64,000 nt of DNA, from contig QIIW01000066.1 of assembly GCA_003231645.1 (NCBI GenBank), forward strand, positions 4,094-68,093, given 5' to 3'. Position 1 is the stretch's first letter, and each line of letters begins with the position of its first letter. This stretch comes from Acidimicrobiia bacterium (lineage in GTDB: Bacteria; Actinomycetota; Acidimicrobiia; Acidimicrobiales; Aldehydirespiratoraceae). Under the pieces are notes generated by a model. It worked only from the letters and a program-made list of their open reading frames with translations, was not told the origin of the DNA and did not search any database. Shown here piece after piece: positions 26,665 through 35,070 of the stretch. The position numbers were made by a program, and so were the translations under genes.

Positions 26665-28998
26665 TCAACCCACGGGGTTCACTCGTCTGGGATCGAGGAA
26701 GTGTGCGGCGAGCTTTTGGTGGCCGACCGAGGTGTGGCAGTGTCGGGCGATCTCGTCCGACGCTCGGCATGCATCGTCGGAGATCCTCTCGGGATCGGCC
26801 GGCCGGCCGTAGCGCAGCACCGTCACGGCTCGAACGAGTTCGTGGACCCCGGGAATCTGTCGCGGCCACTCGGTCGCGATCCGTCGCTCGAACTCGAGTG
26901 GCGTCTCATGGCTCTCGTAGACGATGCCGAGAAGAGCCAGCGACGACACCGCGTCGTCGAATGCCAGCTCGGCTCGTGCCAACGGAACGCCGGAGACTCG
27001 TCTGTCCAGACGGCGACGACGAACGGTCCTCACGGCCGGAACCGCGAGGAGTGCGGCCGCCATCAGGACGACGATCCTCAGCGCTGACGGGATGCTGCCC
27101 CCGGATCCGTCGGACGGCCGGGTGGAACCGGTTGCGATGTCCGGCTGGGCCGGAACCTTCAAACCGGACAGATCACTCCCGGGGTCGGGGCCGTCGCCGG
27201 CCGCTCTCACGCGGCTGGTGGTGGGTGCAGTGTCGGTGGAGTTGAAAACCTGGCGGTTGGCGTCGTCGTTGACCCCAAATTGGGCCTCCTGCAGACCGGT
27301 GATGTCGGAGTCACGGGGGCGGGCCCGCCCGGGTGTCGGGTCGAAGGCGACCCAGCCGGCGCCGGCGAAGTAGACCTCGGGCCAGGCGTGGGCGTTGCGC
27401 CCGCGAACCACGTATACGCCTCTCGCCTCGTCCCAGTCACCCCAGGTGAAGCCGACCGCCACCCGAGTCGGGATACCGAGCGAACGGGCCATGGCGGCGA
27501 AGGTGGCGGCGAACTGCTCGCAATAGCCTCGGCGGGTCACGAAGAGGAAGTCCTCGACATCGGCGACGTTCTCACTGAGGGCGACATTGAGGTCGTATGT
27601 GAACAGATCGGGGTTGAGAAAGTAGTTCTGGAGCATCAGCGCGCGTTGGTAGTCGGTGGCGGCACCGGCGGTGATCCGGCGGGCCAGGGTGGAGACCGAC
27701 GACGGCCAGCACCGGTCGGTGGTCGGTGATTCGTTGTCGCGGCAGGCCGGTGGGAGCGCGGTGTTCTCGGCCACGAACGCGGGATCGAGGCCGGCCGTGG
27801 CGTCGGCCGGAAGGTCGGCCGGAAGGTAGTCGGGAACGGACGATTTGATCGTGTAGGTGAACCCCGCCTCCGCCTTGTCCTTGTCCTTGCTCTTGACCAC
27901 GAGAGCCCCGGTGGCCTTCTCGTATTCGAGTTCGATCCCACCGGAATCGATCACGGAGGAGACCTCGTAGGCGGCCGGTAGGTAGATGTTGCCGAGACGC
28001 CGGGTGGTGATGGTCTGGGTGATCGATCTGCGCTTCACCGACGGGTCGACGTCGGACCCGACCGGTCCGCGGATGTCGTCGAACTTCGATGACCGACGCC
28101 ACACGTTGCCGTCGAATGAATTGAGTGCCATCAACCGCCAGTAGTCCTTGTCGGCCTTGTCGACGGCGACGGAGAAGATCTCGAAGTTGGACTGTTTGAC
28201 CAGCGATGTGGAAATCTCGACGAGGGGGCTGATGACCGTGCGCGACTGGGGTCCGCCGGTGAGTTCGCGGAAATCGACGAGCGGGGCGCTCCGGGCGCCG
28301 GGGAGCAATGGTCCGACCAGGATTCCGGCGAGCACCGCCACGGCGGCAGCGGTGCCGCCGACGCGAAGGGTGGTGGAGATGCCGCGACCCGATCCACCGG
28401 CCGCCCACGCCTCCTCGCGCGCCTGACGTTCGGCCCGGAGCGTGAGCAACACGGCCCCGACCGCCGCGGCGAAGATGGCGCCATGGGCGAGTCCGTTGTG
28501 GCCAACACCCATCAGAGCACCAAAGACGAATACCGAGGTGGCCGGCAACACGGCTTCGATCGGGGACTTGAGTCTGAACGCGGCCCAGTCGGAGAGAAAG
28601 CCGAGCCACCAGCCGAACATTGCCAGCACCGCGACAAACCCCCTGACCGCGTCGACCGGCGCCGACTGATCGGTATAGATGCCCCAGGCCGCGGCGAGGT
28701 CGGTTCCCAGCGAGTCGAGTGTGGCGATGGTCGGGAAAAAGGCGCGTGCGGTGTCGGGGTAGATCACCGTGGTGAAGACGACGACGAAAGCGACTGCACT
28801 CACGAGTGCCGACAGTGGGGTGCTCAGACCGGAACGCCGCGTGGCGGCGGAGATCACGTGGGAAGCGACGACGATGATGATGACGCGGCCGAGATACGAG
28901 GTGTCGACGAACAGTCGCTCGAGACTGACCATCACCGCGATCGACAGTCCGGTGAGGGCGACTTCGGCCGCGAGCAAAGACGCCTGCTTCGGGTTCAT
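26665..28998 (-). CDS. transglutaminase-domain membrane protein (TgpA-like: N-terminal polytopic domain + transglutaminase core + DUF4129-like tail)
   Basis: Cys-His-Asp core region: RRGYCEQFAATFAAMARSLGIPTRVAVGF...GRNAHAWPEVYF...WVAFDPT. There are multiple N-terminal TM helices. The start is trimmed to ATG 28998 (ATGA overlap with the DUF58 stop). Confidence 0.85.
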   Translation of the reverse strand: MNPKQASLLAAEVALTGLSIAVMVSLERLFVDTSYLGRVIIIVVASHVISAATRRSGLSTPLSALVSAVAFVVVFTTVIYPDTARAFFPTIATLDSLGTDLAAAWGIYTDQSAPVDAVRGFVAVLAMFGWWLGFLSDWAAFRLKSPIEAVLPATSVFVFGALMGVGHNGLAHGAIFAAAVGAVLLTLRAERQAREEAWAAGGSGRGISTTLRVGGTAAAVAVLAGILVGPLLPGARSAPLVDFRELTGGPQSRTVISPLVEISTSLVKQSNFEIFSVAVDKADKDYWRLMALNSFDGNVWRRSSKFDDIRGPVGSDVDPSVKRRSITQTITTRRLGNIYLPAAYEVSSVIDSGGIELEYEKATGALVVKSKDKDKAEAGFTYTIKSSVPDYLPADLPADATAGLDPAFVAENTALPPACRDNESPTTDRCWPSSVSTLARRITAGAATDYQRALMLQNYFLNPDLFTYDLNVALSENVADVEDFLFVTRRGYCEQFAATFAAMARSLGIPTRVAVGFTWGDWDEARGVYVVRGRNAHAWPEVYFAGAGWVAFDPTPGRARPRDSDITGLQEAQFGVNDDANRQVFNSTDTAPTTSRVRAAGDGPDPGSDLSGLKVPAQPDIATGSTRPSDGSGGSIPSALRIVVLMAAALLAVPAVRTVRRRRLDRRVSGVPLARAELAFDDAVSSLALLGIVYESHETPLEFERRIATEWPRQIPGVHELVRAVTVLRYGRPADPERISDDACRASDEIARHCHTSVGHQKLAAHFLDPRRVNPVG

Positions 28999-30158
28999 GT
29001 CGTCACCGGCTTCCGGCTCCAGAGTCCGCGCCAGGCGGGTGAGATCTGCCCCGGCCCCGTGAGGTGGATCCAGCCGTGGCCGCCTGCTCCGGGTGGGGCC
29101 TGGGGGCTCCAACCTGCGGGGTCGACGGTGATCAGCGCCGACGCGTGGAGTCTTCTCGCCAGCCCGGCACGGGCCACCGGCCTCTCGAGGAGTCGGGGGT
29201 CGGCACTGATCACGACAACCCTTCCGCCGGGGGCGGGAACCGATACGTGAATGTCCGGTCCGCCCGATTCGAGCATGGCGAGGAACTCGAGCGCCTCGAG
29301 AATGCGGGGCGCACCACTGATGACATTGGTCGAGCGGCCTTCGGTGGTCTGGATCCTCGCCGAGTCGCCGGCGTTGAGGACCGATGACGCTATGGATGCC
29401 GCGATCGAAGTGGTGATGTCGAGAACATCATCGTCGTCACCCGGAGGGCGGGTGTCGATCACCAATGTGAGGCGACCATGGCGAGGCGGCTGGAACCGGC
29501 GCACCAGCAGATCGCCGTAACGAGCCGATGACGGCCAATGGACCTTGCGCAGGTCATCGCCGGATTGGTACTCCCGTAGGCCGTCGAACTCCTCGTCGCT
29601 GATGCCGAGGGCCTGCTTCTGCTGATCGCCCATCATCGGGTCGTGTCCGCTGAGTATGCGGGCCTCCGGAACGAACTCGATCGGAGGATGAACCAGCAGT
29701 GTCGTGAAACTTCCGAAGGTGCGCCCGCTTCGCGCCAGCCCGGCAGCGTCGACATCCTCGATATCGACCGGGCCGAGCCGGATGACACCTCGACGCGTCG
29801 TCGGCAGACGATAGGCGGCGATGGTGGACTCACCCGCCCTGATCGGGGCGAGTGAGAGTTTCACGCCGCGGGTGCTGCTGATCGAGTCGTTGAGCCGCAG
29901 CAGGGGGGTCTTGCGTCGGCCGAGATTGTGCACCTCGAGGTCGACCTGAATCGGCTTGCCGGCCTCGACCCGTGAGTTGGAGAGGCGGCGGGAGATGGTG
30001 AGTTGCGACGGCCGGGTTCGGCGAACGGCGACGGCGATGGCGACTGCCGTGACCGCCACCAGGCCGGCGACGATGAACTCGAGAGGTCCGAGGAGGCGAC
30101 CGGATGCGGCTACCAGCAGGCCGCCGATCAGGAGCGACCATCCTCCCCGGGTCGGCAT
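28995..30158 (-). CDS. DUF58 domain protein (vWA-like, MoxR partner)
   Basis: EFDGLREYQSGDDLRKVHWPSSARYGDLLVRRF is the DUF58 signature. There are two N-terminal TM helices. Confidence 0.85.
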   Translation of the reverse strand: MPTRGGWSLLIGGLLVAASGRLLGPLEFIVAGLVAVTAVAIAVAVRRTRPSQLTISRRLSNSRVEAGKPIQVDLEVHNLGRRKTPLLRLNDSISSTRGVKLSLAPIRAGESTIAAYRLPTTRRGVIRLGPVDIEDVDAAGLARSGRTFGSFTTLLVHPPIEFVPEARILSGHDPMMGDQQKQALGISDEEFDGLREYQSGDDLRKVHWPSSARYGDLLVRRFQPPRHGRLTLVIDTRPPGDDDDVLDITTSIAASIASSVLNAGDSARIQTTEGRSTNVISGAPRILEALEFLAMLESGGPDIHVSVPAPGGRVVVISADPRLLERPVARAGLARRLHASALITVDPAGWSPQAPPGAGGHGWIHLTGPGQISPAWRGLWSRKPVTT

Positions 30159-30159
30159 C

Positions 30160-31173
30160 TCAGCGGGTCTCGGGCCGGGGTACCGGGACGCTGTCGAGGA
30201 TCTCCGTCAGCACGTCGCGTGGCTGGATCCCGTGCAATGTGCTCTCCGGCGAGACGATCAGCCGGTGGGGGACCACGAACGGAGCAAGTGTCTTGACATC
30301 GTCGGGGATCACGAAGCCGCGCCCCTGTGACGCGGCCTGGGCTCGCGACGCACGCTGCAGGTCGAGCAGCCCGCGTGGCGACAATCCCAGCGAAAGTGCG
30401 GGGTGGCGACGCGTGGCATCCGCGAGGTCGAGCAGGTAGTCGGCCAGGGGAGCCGCGATGTGCACCCGCGTGATGGCCTTGGCCATGTCGGCCATCGTGG
30501 CGGCCGAGGTGACCGGGGTGAGGATACTGGCCGGGTCGCTGGTGCCGGCGTGGGTGGCGAGCATCAGCCGCTCGGAGACGCGAGCCGGGTAGCCGACGCC
30601 GATACGCATGAGGAAGCGGTCGAGCTGTGCCTCGGGCAGGGGGTAGGTGCCTTCGTGCTCGATCGGGTTCTGTGTGGCGATGACCATGAAAGACGAACCG
30701 AGCGGGTGGGTGACGCCATCGCTGGTCACCTGCTTCTCGGCCATCGCCTCGAGCAGCGCCGACTGGGTCTTGGGTGAGGCGCGATTGATCTCGTCGGCGA
30801 GAAGGACATCGGCGAACACCGGGCCCGGCCGGAACTCGAAGGTGTTGGTGGCACGGTTCCACACCGACATTCCGGTCACGTCCGACGGCAGCAGGTCGGG
30901 GGTGAACTGCACCCGCCCGAACCGACCGTCGATGCTCCGGGCCAGCGCCTTGGCCAAGGTGGTCTTGCCCACCCCCGGGACGTCCTCGATGAGGACATGT
31001 CCGTCGCACACCAGCGCGATCACCAGCAGATGAACGACGTCGCGTTTGCCCTGGATGACCTTCTCGACGTTGGCCTGCACCGCGGTGAGGTGCCGGGTGA
31101 GGTCGGTGGCGGCCAGCTCGGTCGGATCGTCGCCGGGTCCCCGGGCCGGGAGCTGCTCATCGGTTGTCGTCAC
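30160..31173 (-). CDS. MoxR-family AAA+ ATPase
   Basis: Walker A GHVLIEDVPGVGKTTLAKALA, Walker B LLADEINRASPKTQSALLEAM, and ATQNPIEHEGTYPLPEAQLDRF. Confidence 0.92.
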   Translation of the reverse strand: MTTTDEQLPARGPGDDPTELAATDLTRHLTAVQANVEKVIQGKRDVVHLLVIALVCDGHVLIEDVPGVGKTTLAKALARSIDGRFGRVQFTPDLLPSDVTGMSVWNRATNTFEFRPGPVFADVLLADEINRASPKTQSALLEAMAEKQVTSDGVTHPLGSSFMVIATQNPIEHEGTYPLPEAQLDRFLMRIGVGYPARVSERLMLATHAGTSDPASILTPVTSAATMADMAKAITRVHIAAPLADYLLDLADATRRHPALSLGLSPRGLLDLQRASRAQAASQGRGFVIPDDVKTLAPFVVPHRLIVSPESTLHGIQPRDVLTEILDSVPVPRPETR

Positions 31174-31310
31174 TGGGCCTCCGTCCGCCGTCGATCATGA
31201 AAAGGTCGACCGCACCCAGATTAGGTGCTGAGAGAGGCTTCGGCACGGCGCGTCGGCCCGTCAGAGTCGGATCGCCACGACCGGATGATCGGCCGAATAG
31301 ATTTCCCGCC

Positions 31311-32180
31311 ATGGCCCGCGCTCTCGCGATCGACATCGGTGGCACCAAGATCGAGGTCGCCATGGTGAGCGAAACCGGCGAATTGACCGACCGTCGCCGA
31401 GCCCCGTCCACTGATGCGTCCGATGGCGATGAGCTCTTCGAGCGTGTGGCCGCGCTCGTTTCGGTGTACGACCTTTCGGGCATCGACGTGTGCGGAGTCG
31501 GTTGTGGGGGACCGATGCGCTCCAACGGCGACCAGGTGTCACCGCTCAACATCGGCGTCTGGCGCGACTTCCCCTTGCGTCCTCGTTTGGCGGACCTGAC
31601 CGGGCTGGTGACCGTTGTCGACAACGACGCCAAGGCGCTCGCCCTCGCCGAGGGATGGCAGGGGGCGGCGAGGGACGTCGACGATTTCATCGCTCTGGTG
31701 GTCTCGACGGGTGTGGGTGGCGGGATCGTTCTCGACGGACGACTGCTCGACGGGTCCGACGGCAACGCCGGCCACATCGGTCATGTCGTCGTCGAACCCG
31801 AGGGCACTGCACTCCCGGGACATGTCAGGGGTGTCCTCGAGGCCGAGGCCTCGGGAACGGCCATAGCCTTTCGCACCGGTCGGCCGGCGGCGGAGGCCGA
31901 TACCCTCGAGATCGACAGAGCCGGAAGGCTCGTCGGCCGCGCCGTCGGGTCCGTTGCCAATCTGCTCGATCTTCGCCTCGCCGTGGTGGCCGGCTCGGTG
32001 GCCCTCGGATACGGCGAACCGTTCTTTCGGGCGGCCCAGGCCGAGATCGACCGGGTCGCCCGGCTCGATCATTCACGCGGCACACTGGTGGTGCCGGCCG
32101 GGCTGGGATCCGATGGCCCGCTGATCGGCGCCGCGGCGGTGGGGTTCAGGGGCATCGGCATCGACATCGGGGTGCGTTGA
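31311..32180 (+). CDS. ROK-family protein (second paralog; kinase or regulator lacking an HTH)
   Basis: MARALAIDIGGTKIEVAMV at trimmed ATG 31311, DNDAKALALAE, and STGVGGGIVLDG. The ORF is open from 31164. Confidence 0.8.
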   Translation: MARALAIDIGGTKIEVAMVSETGELTDRRRAPSTDASDGDELFERVAALVSVYDLSGIDVCGVGCGGPMRSNGDQVSPLNIGVWRDFPLRPRLADLTGLVTVVDNDAKALALAEGWQGAARDVDDFIALVVSTGVGGGIVLDGRLLDGSDGNAGHIGHVVVEPEGTALPGHVRGVLEAEASGTAIAFRTGRPAAEADTLEIDRAGRLVGRAVGSVANLLDLRLAVVAGSVALGYGEPFFRAAQAEIDRVARLDHSRGTLVVPAGLGSDGPLIGAAAVGFRGIGIDIGVR

Positions 32181-32181
32181 G

Positions 32182-32466
32182 ATGCGGGGTGGCACAGCCG
32201 GAGTCGTGGTGGCGGTGTTGCGTCGTCCGTCGTTGTGGTGTACCGGTGTCACCGAGGCCCGACGCCTGGTGCCCCGACGCTGGTGGACCCGCCGACCGTT
32301 CCTGCCCGTCGCCGATCGGGCATTGATCAGATTCAGGGCGGAAACCCAGTACGGCGATTCCGATCACGTGTTCGAGGCGCGGGATGTCATCACTTGGCTG
32401 GAGTGGTGCCGCATCGAGAATCGTCGCGTCCGTCGGCAGCGCGGAGGCGGCCGGGACCGACCGTGA
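32182..32466 (+). CDS. small Trp/Arg-rich hypothetical protein
   Basis: 94 aa. Third codon positions are GC-rich in this frame, whereas the overlapping 32235 frame gives Arg/Pro-rich nonsense. The ATG is 1 nt after the ROK stop, and there is a GTGA overlap with the next gene. Confidence 0.55.
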   Translation: MRGGTAGVVVAVLRRPSLWCTGVTEARRLVPRRWWTRRPFLPVADRALIRFRAETQYGDSDHVFEARDVITWLEWCRIENRRVRRQRGGGRDRP

Positions 32467-33164
32467 CCGGGCTCCCAGACCCGTCGAATCGTCCGCACTC
32501 CTCGTGGAGGGTCTCCACCGAGATCGATACGGCCGAGGCCCTGCACCAACTCGACGAACCGGCTGAGGCGGTTCGCACCGTCCGGGTGATGCAATCCACC
32601 GGGCCGGCGATCGTGTTGGGGAGTTCGCAGCCGGAATCCGATGTCGACCTTGCCGTCGCCACCGGTCTCGGTTTCGGCGTCGCGAGGCGACGCAGCGGCG
32701 GTGGCGCCGTGCTGGTGGTGCCGGGCGAGCACGTGTGGGTCGATCTGCTGATTCCGCGCCGCGACCCTCTCTGGGATGACGACATAGTGAGGGCCGCGAA
32801 CTGGGCGGGGGAGGCCTGGCTCGTCGCGCTTGGTTCGGTGGGCCTGACGGATGCGGTGATCCACCGGGGACGTCTGATCAGTACGGAGTGGTCGTCGCTG
32901 GTCTGTTTCGCCGGCATCGGCCCGGGCGAGATCGTCGTGGCCGGCCAGAAGGTCATGGGGCTGAGTCAGCGTCGTACCCGGGACTGGATTCGGATCCAGT
33001 CGCTGGTGCACACGAAATGGCGCCCGGACCTCCTGGTCGAGTCGCTGGCGCTCGAGTCGCCGCGGCGTCGACGATGCCTCTCGCAGGTGCGACGAGCCGC
33101 TGCGGCCGTCGAGGTGGGCAGCGATCTGCTCGTCCGGTCGTTGTTGGCGGCCCTGCCCGACTGA
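32463..33164 (+). CDS. biotin/lipoate A/B protein ligase family protein (LplA/LipB-like catalytic domain)
   Basis: IVLGSSQPESDV...RRRSGGGAVLVVPGEHVWVDLLI...GQKVMGLSQRR resembles the BPL_LplA_LipB fold (RRxSGGGAV and K-containing GxK motifs). The start is trimmed to GTG 32463. Confidence 0.65.
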   Translation: MTGLPDPSNRPHSSWRVSTEIDTAEALHQLDEPAEAVRTVRVMQSTGPAIVLGSSQPESDVDLAVATGLGFGVARRRSGGGAVLVVPGEHVWVDLLIPRRDPLWDDDIVRAANWAGEAWLVALGSVGLTDAVIHRGRLISTEWSSLVCFAGIGPGEIVVAGQKVMGLSQRRTRDWIRIQSLVHTKWRPDLLVESLALESPRRRRCLSQVRRAAAAVEVGSDLLVRSLLAALPD

Positions 33165-33262
33165 GCCGCTTCGACCCAACCGGCCGCGGCGAGTGCGATT
33201 GAGGGTGCGTGTCGTCACGAGACGCGAGATTCGTGACGAACACCTGTTCGGTCGCGCTCAAA

Positions 33263-33330
33263 GTGGAGATATTGGTTGCCTCAGTGGGGAAAATAGGGTA
33301 GAAGTGGAGCGAATAGGAGTATCTAGGAGC
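33263..33330 (+). promoter_or_regulatory. candidate MraZ operator: AGTGGRG direct repeats with roughly 10-bp GG periodicity
   Basis: AAAGTGGAG (33260-33268), TCAGTGGGG (33281-33289) and GAAGTGGAG (33301-33309) are spaced 21 and 20 nt apart. Weaker TTGG, TAGGG, TAGGAG and TAGGAG elements are interleaved about every 10 nt. The array sits in a locally AT-richer stretch 70-135 nt upstream of mraZ. Confidence 0.5.
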
Positions 33331-33396
33331 GCTTCGGGAATGTCAGGTGGGCATCGGGGTCCACGGTGGTCGGTTTCGAGAGAGAAGGGGGTGGAG

Positions 33397-33834
33397 ATGG
33401 CGAGATTCGTGGGAGCCCACGAATACAGACTGGACGGCCAGGGCCGCCTGATTCTTCCGGCGTCGTTTCGGGCCCAACTGGCCGCCGGCGCCTACATAAC
33501 CGCTCTCGACAACTGCCTCGCCCTCATGCCGAACGAAGAGTTCGAGGAGATGTCCGACCGCCTCGAGGCCCACATTGGCACCGGTGAGGTTCACGCCGAT
33601 GCCTACCGTGAGTTCACCAGTCTCGCTGCCGACGTGAGCCCCGACAACCAGGGTCGAATCCGCATCAAGCCGGAGCACCTCGAGGCGGCAGGGCTCATCC
33701 GCAACGTGGTCGTGGTCGGCGTCGGCAAGCGAGCTGAGATCTGGGACCAGGCGCGCTGGAAGTCCAGACGGTCGAGCCGTTCGGAAAAGCTCGCCGACGC
33801 CATCGAACGAGGCTTCGGCATCGGCACGGTCTGA
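33397..33834 (+). CDS. mraZ: transcriptional regulator MraZ
   Basis: MARFVGAHEYRLDGQGRLILPASFR plus a second half-domain DNQGRIRIKPEHL (two DXXXR motifs). The RBS GAAGGGGGTGGAG sits upstream of ATG 33397. Confidence 0.92.
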   Translation: MARFVGAHEYRLDGQGRLILPASFRAQLAAGAYITALDNCLALMPNEEFEEMSDRLEAHIGTGEVHADAYREFTSLAADVSPDNQGRIRIKPEHLEAAGLIRNVVVVGVGKRAEIWDQARWKSRRSSRSEKLADAIERGFGIGTV

Positions 33835-33934
33835 GCACACATCGCCTGACACATCACACCTCCCGCAATCCCACAGTCCCCGATTACACCAGACGAAAGG
33901 ACCAACCACCGGATCAACGGCCGAATCGAACCGA

Positions 33935-34047
33935 TCATCTGCAGTCTTCCGATCAGCAAATGGAAGACCCGTACTCCGCCCGCTTGCCATTAGCCCGATC
34001 GGGGGACAAATCCCGACGAGCGTCGCCGATCGGAGGACTGCAGATGA
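33935..34047 (+). ncRNA. structured RNA element in the mraZ-rsmH spacer (candidate mraW RNA motif / cis-regulatory or processing element)
   Basis: A 20-bp closing stem pairs 33935-33954 (tcatctgcagtcttccgatc) with 34028-34047 (gatcggaggactgcagatga): 19 Watson-Crick pairs plus 1 G-U. Inner helices are 33956-63/33987-94 and the hairpin 34000-34015. It lies 25 nt upstream of the rsmH GTG. Confidence 0.5.
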
Positions 34048-34071
34048 GCGGGAAATCGACCGCATCGATCG

Positions 34072-35070
34072 GTGATCCACACGATGCCAGCCGCCGGCCA
34101 CCCACCGAACCAAGACGAAACGCCCTCCGATGTGAGTGGGTTCGTACACGAACCTGTGATGGTGCGGGAGGTCGTGGAGGTCCTCTCCCATGTCCCGGAG
34201 GGCGTGGTGGTCGATGCGACGCTCGGCGGTGCCGGTCACTCGGAGGCGCTGCTCGCCGCCAACGATCAGATCTCGATCATCGGGCTCGATCGCGACGACA
34301 CGGCACTCGCGGCTGCCCGGATCCGGCTTGCCCCCCACGAGGATCGGGTCAGCCTCCATCACTGCCGCTTCGACTCGATGGGTGAGGTCGTTCGTTCGCT
34401 GGGCCATCGACACGTCTCGGGGTGTCTCTTCGATCTGGGAGTCAGCTCCCCGCAGCTCGATCATTTCGACCGCGGATTCAGCTTCCGCAATGACGGCCCG
34501 CTCGACATGCGCATGGATCGCAGCCAGGGCCGGACCGCCGCCGATGTCGTCAACGGCTACGACGAGGGCTCACTCGTCGACATACTTCGTCGCCACGGGG
34601 ATGAACCGCATGCTCGCCGAATCGCCTCGGCGATCGTCGCGGCGCGCCCCCTTTCCTCCACTGCCGAGCTGGCCGAGGTCGTGCGTCAAGCCGTCCCCGC
34701 GCCAGCGAGGCGGCGGGGAGGACACCCGGCGCGCCGCTCCTTCCAGGCCATCAGGATCGAGGTCAACGAAGAACTCTCGATCCTGGCCGACGCGCTGGGT
34801 CAGGCCATCGATCTGCTCGGTCCGGCGGGCAGGTGTGCGGTCTTGGCGTACCACTCCGGCGAGGATCGCATCGTCAAGCGCACCTTTCGTGATGCCGCGG
34901 GCGAGGTACCGCCACCGCGCCCCGATCTGCCCCGGCCTCCCGGCACGCTGGCCGAGGTTCGATTGCTGTGGCGGGGTGCCCACAGGCCCTCGGCCGACGA
35001 AGTTGCCCGCAATCCTCGGTCCGAGGCGGCCAGGTTCCGTGCCGTCGAGAAGCTCGGCCGGGTGGCGTGA
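34072..35070 (+). CDS. rsmH: 16S rRNA (cytosine1402-N4)-methyltransferase
   Basis: HEPVMVREVVEVL, DATLGGAGHSEALL, FDLGVSSPQLD and SGEDRIVK. The start is GTG 34072 or ATG 34084. Confidence 0.92.
   Translation: MIHTMPAAGHPPNQDETPSDVSGFVHEPVMVREVVEVLSHVPEGVVVDATLGGAGHSEALLAANDQISIIGLDRDDTALAAARIRLAPHEDRVSLHHCRFDSMGEVVRSLGHRHVSGCLFDLGVSSPQLDHFDRGFSFRNDGPLDMRMDRSQGRTAADVVNGYDEGSLVDILRRHGDEPHARRIASAIVAARPLSSTAELAEVVRQAVPAPARRRGGHPARRSFQAIRIEVNEELSILADALGQAIDLLGPAGRCAVLAYHSGEDRIVKRTFRDAAGEVPPPRPDLPRPPGTLAEVRLLWRGAHRPSADEVARNPRSEAARFRAVEKLGRVA

Noticed and set aside
33960-34385. 141-aa + strand ORF starting in the mraZ-rsmH spacer, plus the SD-like GGAGG with ATG at 34044 in the same frame.
   Set aside because: The product is Arg/Gly/Pro-rich and overlaps rsmH out of frame. 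The rsmH frame carries the methyltransferase motifs. Both the SD and the ATG are buried in the 20-bp stem. I treat the region as RNA structure rather than coding, though a very short regulatory uORF cannot be excluded.
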